NCBI GenBank assembly: GCA_943704425.1
Contig: CALSCP010001546.1
Location: 30,206 to 77,322 of the forward strand
Length of the DNA stretch: 47,117 nt
Direction of reading: 5' to 3'
Source: Ministeria vibrans ATCC 50519
Lineage: Eukaryota > Protista > Filasterea
Within the stretch, counting starts at the first letter, position 1; each line of letters begins with the position of its first letter. The translations under genes were made by a program, and so were the position numbers. This document shows positions 47,033 to 47,117 of this stretch, in pieces. A model generated the notes under the pieces. It saw only the letters and a program-made list of their open reading frames with translations. It was not told where the DNA came from and did not search any database.

Positions 47033-47117
47033 CTTTGTTTCTTTCTCCTCTCTCTCTCTCTCTCTCAGCCTCCTGCCTTGCTCCTTGTGCCACGCGCCCA
47101 GTCCATCACCTACATTG
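46292..47117 (+). CDS. Parvin-like CH-domain protein, 5' part (continues beyond window)
   Basis: Spliced EGETVSFMHAASIRDPRLFELMTSLRKWVN...EEDLSDGIIFVALLEKLSG...KGRWSVD resembles parvin CH1 and its preceding helix. Confidence 0.78.

Overview
Gene-dense eukaryotic scaffold, not prokaryotic: short GT-AG introns, many CT/CA/AAT microsatellites, four N-gaps, and TAA, TAG and TGA all used as stops. It probably comes from a flagellated amorphean/obazoan-type protist, given ODA-DC2, ZMYND12-like and parvin-like genes (inference). I reconstructed about 21 genes by manual splicing: TRM5 (3' part), a PHLPP-like RA-PH-LRR-PP2C protein fused to a C-terminal AGC-type kinase, PLPP6-like, RasGEF, a bacterial-like DUF4185/DUF5005 secreted protein, LRR-TM, an unknown secreted protein, ARM+BC-box+Zn finger, ZMYND12-like, FANCL, RAD51AP1-like, a bacterial-type arylsulfatase, COQ2, a caspase-like protease, a fucosyltransferase, CNOT9, DPH5, SLC35B3, ODAD1/CCDC63-like, a cubilin-N-like EGF protein and parvin (5' part). 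The top candidate for a new system is the PHLPP-AGC kinase fusion. Family calls rest on recalled motifs, no searches were run, and exon boundaries are approximate.
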